Shown here: one piece after another, positions 1-11,820 of the stretch
Position numbering within the stretch: the first letter of the stretch is position 1
How the letters are laid out: every line of letters starts with the position of its first letter
NCBI GenBank assembly: GCA_023205875.1
Contig: CP060759.1
Coordinates: 186,001-250,000, forward strand
Origin: Chloropicon primus
Lineage: Eukaryota
DNA: 64,000 nucleotides
Direction of reading: 5' to 3'
The notes under the pieces: generated by a model
The model's input: the letters and a program-made list of their open reading frames with translations, nothing else
What the model was told of the DNA's origin: nothing
Database searches by the model: none
Made by a program: the position numbers and the translations under genes

Positions 1-47
1 ATCCGGGACGAGCTCCGGTCCTCCGCTCTCTCGTCAATCACCAGCGC

Positions 48-81
<34 letters not shown>

Positions 82-139
82 AACCAACCGGCCAAAACAC
101 AAACGATGGAGCTGCTGATTTAGTACCAAGTGTTCTTAC

Positions 140-681
140 CAGTACGACGGTATTGGTGTTCTGTTCGATCGAGGGGTGGAGCGAAAGCTCACCAGGCGGT
201 GATCCCGTCACCTAATTCGGGGTCTCTCCGCATCACCTCTCTCCCTTGGCTCTGCCATCGCGGGCGAAGAACTCACCTCAAACTGCTGCTGTTGTGGAGA
301 GCCCACCAGAATCTGAATCACTTCCTCGCTTCGTCCAATATCTTCTACTGCGGCATTCCTTTCGAGAGTTGAACAAGCGGAGGGCGAAGATCTCGGCATC
401 AGTATTCCTGAGAGTCCCGCTGCCTCCACACCCGGGCTCCGCACGTGCCGGAGCAAACACCTACCTCGGTCTCCCAGTCTCTAGCCGGACAAAAAAATGA
501 AACCTCATCAGTCTCTCTCATCCTCGTTCGTCCATCATTCCGAGCGAGGGAGATACCTCTCGAAAGAGGAGAGGGTGAGAAATCCACTGACATCCCTCCC
601 CGCCTCGCCTCTCCTCACCCTCGCACCTGTTTTCGCACATCACTCACCGTCCTCCCAACTCTCTAACCGTCGCTTGTCCAT
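140..681 (-). CDS. 5' part of a putative multi-exon hypothetical gene running off the left edge (exons 681-648, 480-465, 358-277, 160-140)
   Basis: ATG at 681. GTGAGT/GTAGGT/GTGAGT/GTAAGA donors and AG acceptors give phase-consistent splicing: MDKRRLESWEDETGRPRNAAVEDIGRSEEVIQILVGSPQQQQFENTNTVVL. No recognisable domain. Confidence 0.35.
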
Positions 682-827
682 GGGACGCGTGTCCTGTTCT
701 GTGGACAGAAGGGCCTCTCAAGGGGGATCGATCGATCCGAAGCGTACGGTAAGTGACGAGCGGCGTGGACGACGAGGGGGAGAAGCTTCGGGGGAGTTAA
801 GGGCGACGATGAGATCGATCGTCTCTT

Positions 828-843
828 GCTCTTTCGAAAGAGC
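828..843. promoter_or_regulatory. 16-bp perfect palindrome GCTCTTTCGAAAGAGC (recurrent 5' intergenic element)
   Basis: Identical copy at 11897-11912; variants at 3913-3928, 9821-9838, 12077-12092, 31076-31091 and 40123-40136, all upstream of start codons. Confidence 0.5.
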
Positions 844-931
844 CCTCTCTCGAAGGAAACGACGCTGTGGTGAGGATTCTGAGCCTGAAGAACTGACTCG
901 ATTGAATTGAAGTGTGCAGAAGAGGGAAGGG

Positions 932-1975
932 ATGAAGTTGGCGGTGGCGAGCAAGTGCGGGGCTTGCGGGGGGCAGGTGAGGTCGCGGGCGCTGAGGCGA
1001 GAAGGTCCGGGGAGGTCTGCGTCGCGGTGGTCCCGGGGGACTCGGGGGCACGGAACACAATACTCGGGAGAATGCGGCACTGCACTGCGGGCGCAAGGTT
1101 TGCAGGTGGGCGACGTCGAGCGCACGAGGCTCGTCCCGGCTCCTCCGAAGACGGGTGGGGGCTTCGGGGCGAAGGGAAGGAGCTACGTGGAAAGGTTCGA
1201 CGTCCAAGGGTGCGAGACGATACCCGGGAGCGCTAGCGGGCAGGTGATATCCCCCATAGTCGTGACCAAAATCGTGGAGTCCTTGGCCATTGGGCACTTT
1301 CAGACGCTGTCGGGGGACACGAGCGACGTCCCGAGGTCGAAGGAGATGAAAGATCTTGACCTGACATTCATGCTGTCAAGGATCACGTTCTCGTTCTGCG
1401 ACCTGCCGGCGAGGGGGGACGCCGTGGAAGCCGAGACTTGCTTCAAGCCCCAGAAGGTGAGTTTCAAGAGGGACTTTGCGGTGAGGAACAAAACCAGTGG
1501 GAAGCTCGCCGCGGCCGCCACGAGCACTTATGTGCTGGTGAACGTGAAGACCCGGAAGCTCTTCATCGCGCCGAAGGAGATGATCGACTTGTACAAGGAC
1601 ACGAGCACGAAAGACACGAGTGCGCAGCTGGGCGTGCCCAACCTCCCGAAGAAATCGAAGCTGGGGAGTTTCACTTCGGAGGAGGCCAAGCTGAGCAGCT
1701 CGTTCGTCGTGGAGCAGTCGGACATCGACTTGAATGGGCATGTGGGCGCGTCCGTGTACATTCATTGGATACTGGACTCCGCTGTCGAGGAGGGCGTCCG
1801 CCTGGACGCCATAAGCACCTTGGACATCGAGTACAAGGAAGAGTGCTTTCTCGGGGAGAACATTGAGTGCTACACTCAAACGACCACGGGCGAGGACGGC
1901 GGGAGGGAAATCAATCACTTGGTGCAAACGCAGGAGGGAAAGATTCTGTTGAGGGCGAAATCACTCTGGCACTAA
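932..1975 (+). CDS. Plastid acyl-ACP thioesterase (FatA/FatB family)
   Basis: Transit-peptide-like N-terminus; SDIDLNGHV (D-x-N-x-H) followed by YIHWILDS and LDIEYKEEC, typical of acyl-ACP thioesterases. Confidence 0.85.
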   Translation: MKLAVASKCGACGGQVRSRALRREGPGRSASRWSRGTRGHGTQYSGECGTALRAQGLQVGDVERTRLVPAPPKTGGGFGAKGRSYVERFDVQGCETIPGSASGQVISPIVVTKIVESLAIGHFQTLSGDTSDVPRSKEMKDLDLTFMLSRITFSFCDLPARGDAVEAETCFKPQKVSFKRDFAVRNKTSGKLAAAATSTYVLVNVKTRKLFIAPKEMIDLYKDTSTKDTSAQLGVPNLPKKSKLGSFTSEEAKLSSSFVVEQSDIDLNGHVGASVYIHWILDSAVEEGVRLDAISTLDIEYKEECFLGENIECYTQTTTGEDGGREINHLVQTQEGKILLRAKSLWH

Positions 1976-2065
1976 GCGTGTTTAAGTGTCTTCATTTTTT
2001 CAAATCCTACACAACCACCCAAGAAGAGAGCTAGAGAGAGCGAGCGAGGATGATGCAAGCTGTTC

Positions 2066-3679
2066 TCACTCGTTGTGGTTCTTGCTCACGATCCCCCTGT
2101 ACTTCTGAACCGCGTCCATGGCGGCGGCTTCGTTCTCTTCGTAGAATCCTCGCTTGATGACCGACAAGGTCTTTGCCGAGGTTTTCTCCGCCCCCCTCGC
2201 TCTCATGCAGTGGTGGTAAGCTGACATGCAAACGAACACGCCATCCAAGAGGGGAAAGAACTTTTCGATGTCATCGGCAATTTGGGTTCCCAGCCTCTCC
2301 TGCAGCTGCAGCTGCCTACTGTGCTTCCACACGATCGCGCTCAGCTCCTCCCTCGTGACCTCTGCCCGGCCACCGTTCTGCAAAAGCGAGATGTAGACCT
2401 TGCCAAAAAATGGAAGGATATGGTGCTCGCAGACCGTGCCCACCGAAGTGTACAGCTCACAGGTGTGGCCATCCTTCCCGTTGCTCATCCGTCCCCTCCT
2501 GAACACGGTGTCCGGGTCCTCTACCTCGCACTCACCGTTTCGGTCTTGTTGCATCGTCCGCACGACGTGCAGGACGTACTCGGTCGAGAAGTGACTCCCC
2601 GAAGTCATCATCATCAGCCAACTCGCGTATTTGTCAGACGCGCTCCACAGCATGTCCGCAGAGACGGGCGTGCACTCCCGGCAGCCACCGCTGAGGTGCG
2701 GAGCCTGGGCGTGCATCCGGTAGATCAAGTTCTTCACCGAGTGCTCCCTCTCCCTGTACTCCTCCTTTTCTTTCATGCTGAGAACGTTGTCAAGGACCCC
2801 GTTGAAGCATCGAGCCACGCTACCGCCGTCGTCTCTGCCCCCGGCCCCGAAGCTCGCAAAATCAATCAGCCCAAGGATCTCCTTGGCCTCCTTACCCTTC
2901 TGGTCCAAGAACGCTCCCCTCGCTTCTACGTGCGTGTTCATCTTGCCGCCGCCGCCGGCCTGAAAGCTCCCGGCGTCGAGGTTCGACGAGGAGGGCCCCA
3001 GGCCCTCCAAGCTCGACTCTTTCAGGTGCACGCAGTTCACGACTACCAGGACGCCGAGCGGGGCGAGGAGGCCCTCGATGCTCGAGGCGATGTCCCCCGC
3101 CAGCTTTTCTGGGGTCTGGAGCCGCTTGGAGAAAACTTCCGTTATCCTGGCGAACTTGGATAGCCCTGCCACGTTCCCCCCGGCGGGCAGGTAGGAGATG
3201 TGAACCTCCCCGAAGAACGGCAGAAGCGTCCGCATGTCAGTGCTGTAGAAGTCGATCGAGCCCACGCAAACGACCTGCTTCTTCCCGTAGACGCACTCCT
3301 CGTGAAAAACGGCGTCCCCCAGCACCTCCTCGGCGGTTTTCTTGTACCCGCTGAGCATCTCCGAGACGGCCTTAGCGTATCGTGTCGGCGTCTTCAAGAT
3401 TCCTTGCCTCCTCACGTCCTCCCCGAGGGACTTGAGGACCTGCACGAAGAGGTCCTCGCACCTGGACTTCTCGGCCTCCTCGGTGGTCAAGCAAGTGATC
3501 TGCTCGTCCGCGCTGCTCGTGTCGCACTCCTCCTCCAGGATCTCCTCGTCGTACAGCCGCGACCTCCCTCCCGCCGCGATCTGCTGAAATATCGGCCGCA
3601 CCGCCTCGCTCACCTCCTTCATGCACCTCCCCTCCCCGAGCCCCAGGTCTTGGCCCCCCTCCCCCTCGGACCCCCGCAT
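2066..3679 (-). CDS. GCH1: GTP cyclohydrolase I, plant-type tandem two-domain form
   Basis: Domain 1: GILKTPTRYAKA and GLSKFARITEVFSKRLQ. Domain 2: VCEHHILPFFG, LQLQERL and HHCMRARG. First ATG at 3679. Confidence 0.9.
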   Translation of the reverse strand: MRGSEGEGGQDLGLGEGRCMKEVSEAVRPIFQQIAAGGRSRLYDEEILEEECDTSSADEQITCLTTEEAEKSRCEDLFVQVLKSLGEDVRRQGILKTPTRYAKAVSEMLSGYKKTAEEVLGDAVFHEECVYGKKQVVCVGSIDFYSTDMRTLLPFFGEVHISYLPAGGNVAGLSKFARITEVFSKRLQTPEKLAGDIASSIEGLLAPLGVLVVVNCVHLKESSLEGLGPSSSNLDAGSFQAGGGGKMNTHVEARGAFLDQKGKEAKEILGLIDFASFGAGGRDDGGSVARCFNGVLDNVLSMKEKEEYREREHSVKNLIYRMHAQAPHLSGGCRECTPVSADMLWSASDKYASWLMMMTSGSHFSTEYVLHVVRTMQQDRNGECEVEDPDTVFRRGRMSNGKDGHTCELYTSVGTVCEHHILPFFGKVYISLLQNGGRAEVTREELSAIVWKHSRQLQLQERLGTQIADDIEKFFPLLDGVFVCMSAYHHCMRARGAEKTSAKTLSVIKRGFYEENEAAAMDAVQKYRGIVSKNHNE

Positions 3680-4080
3680 CCTCCCGTCCGTCCCCCGCGA
3701 CGCCGCTGACACACCCCCTCCCTCGCGCGTTCGGCCCAAGCCCGACGATCTCCTCCCCTCGCCGCGTCCCGATTGCCCGGCCTCGCTCGACCCCGTCCCC
3801 CTCGCCTCCCCCTCGCCTCCCTGCCTCTCTACTGCGAATGGGAACTGCCAGAGCCAGAGCCTCTTTTCAGTTCGTCAAATCCTTCACAGGGGGTCAAACC
3901 TCTCGAGGCGAGGCTCTTTGGAAAGATCGCGAGACATTCTTTCGATTCGTTGCCCTCTCGACGGGTCAAACTCCTCCCGTCGTCCTCAAGACTCACCTCC
4001 TCCTTTGCCAGTGACGCCCCCAGTGACGCTATCCTCTAGCAGATTGAAGGACAGCCACAGAATGCGATAGATTGAGTCAA

Positions 4081-4418
4081 GGAGCTGAGCTTGGAACTTG
4101 GAAACTTGGGCGGCGTTACTTTGGTCGAGGGATCGATGCGATCGTGGGGGTGTGCCATGCCTGCCGAAAGAACGCCTCACGGTCTCTCGATGGTGCCCTC
4201 TCTCCCATTGCACCCCATGCAAGACGCAGGACTGGAAGTGACTGATATGAATGGAGCTTGAGCTTGGAACTTGGAAACTTGGGGCGGCGTTACTTTGGTC
4301 GAGGGATCGATGCGATCGTGGGGGTGTGCCATGCCTGCCGAAAGAACGCCTCACGGTCTCTCGATGGTGCCCTCTCTCCCATTGCACCCCATGCAAGACG
4401 CAGGACTGGAGGTGACTG
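4081..4418. repeat. Tandem duplication, 2 copies, period 173-174 bp
   Basis: GAGCTTGGAACTTGGAAACTTGGG...GACGCAGGACTGGA begins at 4087 and again at 4260, near identical. Confidence 0.95.
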
Positions 4419-4677
4419 AACACCTTGCCCGGACGACGACGACGACGAGGCCATCGAGCGAGGCCATCGAGCGAGGCCACGACGACTTGGGCGTCAGGTT
4501 TCCGGGTCAAGTTGTGAAGGGAGGGAGGCGGCTGCGGTGGACCGGTAACCTGGTTCGATTGAGCCGTTCCCACGCATGCATGGAGGTGTGATCCCATCGC
4601 ATCACATCACTCCTCGGAGTCGATGGAGGTGCAGCATCAATCATCAGTGTACGCCAGAGAGAGAGAGAGAGGGGAGA

Positions 4678-6069
4678 ATGTGCCTGGTGTGGAGGAAGTT
4701 CGCGGTCGCGTGGAGGGGCGGAGGCGTTGGATTGGGAAGGGGTGGGAAGAGTCTCGCGACGAGGGAGAACGCTCTCACGCAGGTCAACCTCACTTCCTCG
4801 ACGACGGGGTTGTCGCGAATAAGGGAGTCGTTTCGGTTTGATCGGAGACTGTCGAGTTTCTTGGCCAGAGGCATGGCGACGCAGGCTTCGGAACCCGCCG
4901 CCGCCACGACGACGAAATGGGTCGGTGGGCAATCGCAAGAGGAGTTCATGCTGAAGGACATGTGCATCCTGGTGAACGAGGCGGACGAGGTCACCGGTCA
5001 CGCCAGCAAGGTGAGTACTGGAGTCGGGACGGGAGAGAAAACGAAAACGAAAACATTAGGGTCGCGGTCTCTCTCTCTCTCTCTCTCTCGACAAGCGCCC
5101 GAGGAGGGTGGCATGATGTCCTCCCGATCGGGCGACGCGCCGTTTTGCTCTCGTCTGACTTTTCTCTCTCCGTTTGCTTGTGTTTCTCTCCGACCCCACG
5201 ACCCGGATCGCGACGAGCAGAAAGAGTGCCACGTCTTCAACGAGAAGCAGCCGAGGGGGTTGCTTCACAGGGCGTTCAGCGTCTTTCTGTTCAACGGGAA
5301 GAACGAGCTGATGCTTCAGAAGAGGGCTTCGTCCAAGATCACTTTCCCGAGCGTCTGGACGAACACGTGCTGCTCCCACCCTCTTTACGGCTACGAGCCG
5401 AGCGAGGTGGAGTCTCTGTCCAACACGGAGGTCGGGAAAGCGCCGGGAACGATCAACGCCGCGATTCGAAAGCTGGACCACGAGCTCGGGATCAGGGCGG
5501 CTCAGGTTCCCGCCGAAGAGTAAGTCAAGAAGAAGACGAGGACCGAAGGGATCGGGACGCTGACGCCTATGGCTTTTGCCTCTCGCTTCTCCCTCTCTCT
5601 CTCTTAGGTTCAAGTTTCAGACGAGGCTGCACTATTGCGCCAAGGACGTCTCCACCGCAGAGGACGGGAGTGGTTGGTCCTGGGGGGAGCACGAGATGGA
5701 TTACATTCTCTTGATCAAGACGGAAGAGCCCGTGGAAGTGAACCCCAATCCCGAGGAGGTGGACGACTGGAAGTACGTCACGCCTCAGGAGCTCAGGGCG
5801 ATGATGGGAGACAAGGACCTGTTATGGTCGCCGTGGTTCCGAATTATAGAAAAGGAGTTCCTCCACACGTGGTACGTGTTGCTTCGGCGAGAGTTCGGCG
5901 AGAGTTCGGGGCTTCGCAGCAGCAGCTGACGCGCGCGCCTTCCCTTCCCTTTTGTGTCCTCGGCTCTCCATGCAGGTGGGAAAACTTGGACGAGGCGCTC
6001 TCCACCTCCAAGTTCGTGGATAACAAGATCCACAAGCTCGAGATACCCAGGGCCGGCGGATCCAATTAG
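4678..6069 (+). CDS. IDI1: Isopentenyl-diphosphate delta-isomerase type 1 (exons 4678-5010, 5221-5519, 5608-5871, 5976-6069)
   Basis: LLHRAFSVFLFN, LQKRASSKITFPSVWTNTCCSHP, WGEHEMDY and WSPWFRII motifs; three GT-AG introns restore the frame. Confidence 0.95.
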
Positions 6070-6668
6070 GTAGGTCTCTCCCTCTCTCTTTGTTTTTTGT
6101 TTTGTTTTGGTGGTGCGCGGGAGGTTGCGTGGGGCCCCTCTGGGAGGACACAACAGCAGACGGGCGGACTGAAATTGTACAAAACTCCATGTTGACTGTC
6201 TGCATGCTGAGAGGCGGCCCAAACACCTTCCGAGCGCCACGCGCGCGATGAATGAACGACGATGATGTGTGAGGAACACACACAATTTTGGTGGTGCGTG
6301 CGTGCGTGGTTCTCTGACCGGATTCTCTCCTTTCCTCTTTGCAGCCAAGCCGCGCGCGCGAGAACGGAAGCGGACTTCCATGTAATCTATTGCAAAAACA
6401 CCCTTTGTACGATCACCGGCATCGCTTCACCACCCCATCGTCGTCGTCATCGGTCATCCACGATGGGCAAGCGGGAAGAGGGAAGCCTGCCTGCTGTTTC
6501 CTTATCAATACTCTTACTGCCGAGAGAGAGAGAGAAGAGGAGAGAGGCAAGAACACGCGATCCATCATGTGATCCGACCCGAGGAGGAAAGGAGACTCAA
6601 CAACCACGGTTCAATGGTCAATTCATTGTGGAGTGTGGAGGATGAATCCGATCACATGGTCAGGGCCT

Positions 6669-6710
6669 TCATCATCATCATCATCGTCATCATCATCATC
6701 ATCATCATCA
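6669..6710. repeat. (TCA)n microsatellite
   Basis: Visible trinucleotide run. Confidence 0.9.
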
Positions 6711-7467
6711 TATAGGGGGGATGGGCCTCGGATCCACTCGGATCCACTCAGAGAGAGACCTTTGTCTTGTCTTGACAAAAGAATATCCTTCGCCTTGGCC
6801 TTCCTACCCCTTTCCTCCTCTGGGGGTCAGGCCCTCCTTGATCCCCTTCGTCTTTGATTTGGCGGCTGTCAATAGTAATCCCTTCTTATCGGGAAGGATG
6901 GGAGGTGGGAAGAGGAGCAAGACCCTATTCTTCGAATGGCGTTAGATTACGTTCCGCCCTCCCTCCCTAATCCCTTTGAAAGTCGACCCACACCCGGAAC
7001 GTCTCTCCTAGCAAAGCCGCCAAAAAAGCCCAAATCCGAGGACGCGAGGGGAGGGAAAGGCTTTCGCGTGCAGTGGCGTGGGTCGTCGTCGGTTGTGCTC
7101 GGACAAAGCGGGGAGAAGCGGAAGGGAACGAGAGAGAGAGGGAGAGCGAGAGAAGAGGACTTTCTCGTCGTCGGTTCGTCGTGCTCTGGGTTTGTGCTCG
7201 CTTTTGTTTGCGTTTGCGTTTGGTTTGGACTCGGTGGGAGCCCAAAGATATGGCTAGGTGCTGATTAAAGGAGTGGTGTGTGTGGTGTTCGCAGAGTTCT
7301 AGTTCTGTGTTCGTAACGTTCGCGAGAGAGAAGAGGACTTTCTGTTGCTGAAGTGCTCACGGGAGTTTGTGTTGAGACGTGGTTGTCGTTGCTTTTGAGA
7401 GAGACCTGCCATTCTATTTGTTGCTTTGCTTTGAAAGAAGAAGAGGAAACACTTTTACCAACAAACA

Positions 7468-8220
7468 ATGGCTGAAACAACGAAGACCGGGAATATGTTT
7501 GCCCTTTTGGAGGACGGCGCCAAGGCGCCTGCTCCAGCTGCCGCGGCTGCTCCAGCTGCTGCTGCTCCAAAGCCAGGCTCCCAACGTTCCGTGAACGGAG
7601 GAGGAAGAGGAGGACGCGGAGGACGCGGAGGTGGCGGAGGAAGAGGACGCGGTGGGTCGAGGAGAGGAAGGGAGTACGAGAGGCGTTCTGGAACTGGCAG
7701 GGGCAACAGGCTCGGCTACGAGAACAAGAAGAGCGGCGGCGGAAGAGGAAACTGGGGCGCTCCAGGCGAGGAGGGCACCGGCCACCACCCCGAAGGAGCT
7801 GACCCAGCGGAGTCCAACGAGCCAGAGGAGCCAGAGGAGCCTCAGTTCACCCTCGACGATTACGCCAAGCAGCAGGCCGAGAAGAAGAAGGCTCTCCAGA
7901 AGCTGACTGGCGGCTCTTCCGTCAAGGCCACCAAGGTCAACGTTGACGAGGACTTCAAGGGCATGTCCATGAAGGAGGCTAAGGGCGACGCCACCAGCGA
8001 CTGGTCTGCGTTCGAAGCCGGGGCGAAGAAAGGCAAGACCAAGAACAGGAAGGAGAAGCAGACTTTGGTGGCTGGCTTCAGGATCAAGGAGGAGTACGAG
8101 ACCAACAGGAGAGACAGAGGAACTAGAGGAGGTAGAGGTGGAAGAGGTGGCGGAAGGGGGGGAAGAGGTGGCATGAACGCAAGGTTGGACAGCGCCTCCG
8201 ACTTCCCAACTCTGGGTTGA
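7468..8220 (+). CDS. RGG RNA-binding protein of the HABP4/PAI-RBP1 (SERBP1/Stm1/RGGA-like) family
   Basis: REYERRSGTGRG...KKSGGGRGNWG, FTLDDY, RGG boxes and C-terminal DFPTLG. Confidence 0.88.
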   Translation: MAETTKTGNMFALLEDGAKAPAPAAAAAPAAAAPKPGSQRSVNGGGRGGRGGRGGGGGRGRGGSRRGREYERRSGTGRGNRLGYENKKSGGGRGNWGAPGEEGTGHHPEGADPAESNEPEEPEEPQFTLDDYAKQQAEKKKALQKLTGGSSVKATKVNVDEDFKGMSMKEAKGDATSDWSAFEAGAKKGKTKNRKEKQTLVAGFRIKEEYETNRRDRGTRGGRGGRGGGRGGRGGMNARLDSASDFPTLG

Positions 8221-8471
8221 GAGAATATGCCAACAACGAGTTCCTGCGTGCGTCCTCCGACTTGCTTTGCCTCTGGTTCGCATCTGGATTTCGAAGGAGA
8301 AGCAGAGCAACTCTTGTTCATGTCTTGTCGGGAGAAAGAGAGTTGAAAGAAGCAAGAGCAACAGGAAAGACAGACAGAAACTAAATCTAACTAATGTTAT
8401 CCCAAAAATTCCACGGAAATACCCGACGACGACGACGAGCGCCAGCCAACCCAACGCGCAACGTTTCCCTG

Positions 8472-9590
8472 CTAGGAGTGCAGACGCACAACGCCAAACC
8501 TCTCCAGACTCTCGTACACCTTCCTCTCCATGGCGAACGGGTGGACCCTCTCCCTCCCTTTCTTGGGCCTCTCCCAATCGTAATAGTGGGGCCTCGTGCT
8601 CTCGCTGAAGTAGTTCTCGGAGTGAAATCCGAAGACATCGATCCTTCCGTGCTTGCACAGGTGCACTGCGAGGACGATCCCAACCAGCCCACTCGAGGGT
8701 CTCTCCCCCCTCTTGCGAACGAACCGCCAGGCGTGGCACAGGAACTCAAAGTCGAGGAAGTAGGATCCTGGACCACCCGCGTGCTCGCTCGCCGGGACGA
8801 TGCCCCTCACTCCCCTCACCCAAGCTTTCAGGTCCCCGTTGTCCCTGAGCATCGTCAGAGTGGTCTCGTTCGCTTCCACGCTGCTCTGGTACCTCTCCTG
8901 ACTCTGAGGCCTGTTCAGTATCCGGTAGGTTGTCTTTGAACCAACGAATTCCTCGTAACCGTCGGTCACGGCAGCGTTGAACCGAATCACGGCATCCGCT
9001 TCATCGATGCTTCTCCCGAACTGTGTCTCGAGCAAGTTCCCACCGTTGCCCACGACCGCGCAGCTCAGGTTTCGTGCGGGGATAGGGTCCTCCAGGGGCA
9101 CGAGCTTCTCCAGACCCGAGTGGGTTTTGGCAAGGTTTTTGGCCGAGTTCAGCTTCACCGTCTTGGTCCCACCGCAGCTGAAAGGTCTTTTGCTTGTCAA
9201 TCGCTCTCTCAAGTAAACGATCGACTGCTTCTTGCCAAGAAGCTGGAGAACTTGCCTGTCGAACCTCGTGGCATTTTGGGACTCCCCTGCCCCTGCTGCC
9301 TGCTCACCAGTCCGCCCGTCTTCCTTGGTTCCTGCAACAGCTTGTTCCTGGCTCTCGGAACTGGGTACGCTGCTGCTGGTGGTGGTGGTGACCGCTTCTG
9401 CTTCCGACCCAACTCTCAAGTCACGTTCCAGGACAGTCGAAGAGTTCGAGTGATCGAGGCGTTGGAAGTTCCACCCTGCAAGGTAGAACCACGTCACGCA
9501 GACGGCCAAAGCTATTGGCACCAAGACCCTCTTCCTCGCTAGGAGCGGTCTCTGCCTCGCTTTCCTTCTGGTTCTGATGTCCAACATCAT
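8472..9590 (-). CDS. Glycosyltransferase family 29 (sialyltransferase-like), type II membrane protein
   Basis: Sialylmotif L (CAVVGNGG...IDEADAVIRFN...VGSKTT), S (PSSGLVGIVLAVHLC...VFGF), III (HYYD) and VS (HPFAME); N-terminal TM segment. Confidence 0.9.
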   Translation of the reverse strand: MMLDIRTRRKARQRPLLARKRVLVPIALAVCVTWFYLAGWNFQRLDHSNSSTVLERDLRVGSEAEAVTTTTSSSVPSSESQEQAVAGTKEDGRTGEQAAGAGESQNATRFDRQVLQLLGKKQSIVYLRERLTSKRPFSCGGTKTVKLNSAKNLAKTHSGLEKLVPLEDPIPARNLSCAVVGNGGNLLETQFGRSIDEADAVIRFNAAVTDGYEEFVGSKTTYRILNRPQSQERYQSSVEANETTLTMLRDNGDLKAWVRGVRGIVPASEHAGGPGSYFLDFEFLCHAWRFVRKRGERPSSGLVGIVLAVHLCKHGRIDVFGFHSENYFSESTRPHYYDWERPKKGRERVHPFAMERKVYESLERFGVVRLHS

Positions 9591-10009
9591 CCAACACCCA
9601 GTTCTCACCGTGAAAGGAAGAAACGACCTTCAAAGTCGAACCGGGTGACCAAATGGCGATGCCTCAGCACAATCATCGAGCTGATCCCCCCCCCATGCCC
9701 AAAGTCGCCACCTTTCACACCCCCTCCTGCCCTCCCAACCACTCTGACTTCTTCCAAACTCAACTCTTTTCCACTGTTGCCGACCACTCCGCGCGTCAAA
9801 TCCGTCAAGTGAGGCAGCAATCGAAAGATCTCGAGACCTAGTTTCGCCCTAAAGAACACTCTTTCTCCCTCTTCCGCCCTTTGCCGTTCTCCACTGCCTC
9901 TCTCTCTCTCTCTCTCCTCCTCCTCGATGCAGAGCTCCAGACTTGTCCATGGGATGAATTGAATCGTAGAGGGGCAATCGGGCCAAAGGTGGACAGAAGC
10001 CGAGCGAGA

Positions 10010-10611
10010 ATGAGCGACAGAGGCAAGCAGGTACGTCTAATGAGGGGAGGGTGACGTGAACACCGTCCCATCACAATATCAACCGACCGTCTTGGTCCTA
10101 GAGTCTGCGAAGCGAGGGTCAAGCCCAACAACTTGTTGCTTCCTCGCCAAGGGTGGAGACCTCGGGGAGAGGCAAACTAAGTTTGTGGCTCAGGTGTTGT
10201 TTTTCGAGGGGTGGGGATGTCTTGCTCGCGCTTCAAGAGGGTACTGACTCGATGGCTTGGTCCACTTCTTGTCTTCTTGTGACTTTTACCTCCTTGTAAT
10301 ATTGCTCTTCTCGGCAGCAGCAACCCGTGGTCCAGGAGGTGCTCCCGAAATCTGGACTGATTTTCTCGGAAAAGCACAAACCCAGCGAGGTAAGTAGATG
10401 CATGGAGCCGTGCCACGGTCATCCCTACCCCCACCCCCGATCCGTCCCCCCGTCCCGCCGTTTGCTTCTGCGTTGTTGGACTCTCACACAACGGGCTTTG
10501 CCCTCTCAGATCCTTTGCAAGCCAAAGATAATGCCATTGAAGTCGGTTACTCTGGAGAAGCTGGAGGAAGTGCACCGGCAGATGGCGGAGTTCAGCGCGG
10601 AAAAGGAGTAG
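10010..10611 (+). CDS. BBIP1: BBSome-interacting protein 1 (BBS18) homolog (exons 10010-10030, 10318/10321-10389, 10510-10611)
   Basis: Spliced product contains EVLPKSGLIF...ILCKPKIMPLKSVTLEKLE, matching the BBIP1 signature EVLPKxG...LCKPKLLPLKSxTLEKLE. Confidence 0.85.
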
Positions 10612-10843
10612 ATCCACTCCGCTGCCCGTCACTCCATTCGACAAGGAACTTGCCTTCCGACGAAGTTGCGGCCAACTCCCGGGGTTTGGCACCACTTTGT
10701 GAGTTGGGCGCCGCAGAGGAGACCGAGACATGTCAGCGGACGTGGCTCCTGTAAAGTAAAAAGAGAACGGCTAAGCCTTCTTTCATAGTAAAACAATTGC
10801 TTCGCTCTCCCGAGGAGTGTCTAAATAATGATTTATGGCACGT

Positions 10844-11072
10844 TCAAGCCTTTGCTGGTGCTGGTGGAGTCCAAGCCTCATACTTTTTCCAGTTTCGCTT
10901 CCTTCCAAACTCCATCTTCTGCCTGTAGCTTCCCTTGGGCTGGTAGCCCAAATACTTATAGGTCGTCGCCGGGGTCTTGTAGCTCTGCTCCAAGAACTTC
11001 ACCTGCACGGAACGACGTCGCGTTCATGTTTGTCGCACAAAAAGGGAACGAGGACGTCCGAGAAGGCACAAA

Positions 11073-11108
<36 letters not shown>

Positions 11109-11733
11109 GTGTGAGCGTGTGTGAAAACATGCTCGTCAGATAAAGTCAAGTTCCGCTTTCGTTCTTCGTGCCTCCTTGCTCTCACGACTTGACTTGGGCT
11201 CGACCCCCAAAGACAACCACAGCGTTGGCGGTGGTCCCCAAACGAAAGGAACTCGCGACAAGCTCCACGACAATTTCAGAGGCACTTACCCTTGAAGGCG
11301 CATCGTTGTTGATGTTGTGAAGCCACCCGTGCCACTCCGGAGGGACGCTTGCAGGGGAGTACTCGAAAATATCCGGTGGAACAAACCACCTGTGTCTCCC
11401 ATAAAGCACTCCCTTCTTTATCTCGTAGTACTTGTTTCCATTATAGTCCTCCCCCACGAACTCCGCCTGCTTGAACATGTACGGATGAATGTACTTGGCC
11501 TCCGCGATCTTGCCGTCCAAAATACTTCCAGCAGCTTCGAACACTTTCTTCATGGTGTCTCCTGAAAAGAATGCACGCGTTTGCGTTTGCGTCTCCGCAA
11601 GTCCATTGTGTGGACCGTGAGGCCCGTGTCGCAACGAAGCGGCGAGGGGAGCCACAGCTTCCGTCCCCCGCCGCCCCGCTACGCGACCCAACACCCCGTA
11701 CAGTCCCTTCACTTCGCGCCTCAGTGAAGCCAT
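10844..11733 (-). CDS. NDUFA12: Complex I accessory subunit B17.2 (exons 11733-11290, 11002-10844)
   Basis: VGEDYNGNKYYE, GRHRW, SVPPEWHGWLH; C-terminal YQPKGS...NWKKYEAWTP after a GTAAGT..CAG intron. Confidence 0.92.
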
Positions 11734-11820
11734 CGTCGCCGTCCTCTCCGTGTCTGAAACAAAACCCTCCTTTTCCTTCCAGAGCCCACCACGATCTTCG
11801 CCAGGGAGGGGGGAAGGCCG

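Noticed and set aside
2066..3679. Missing CEHH motif in GCH1 domain 1 as a sign of pseudogenisation
   Set aside because: Plant-type GCH1 is known to have two complementary, partly degenerate domains.
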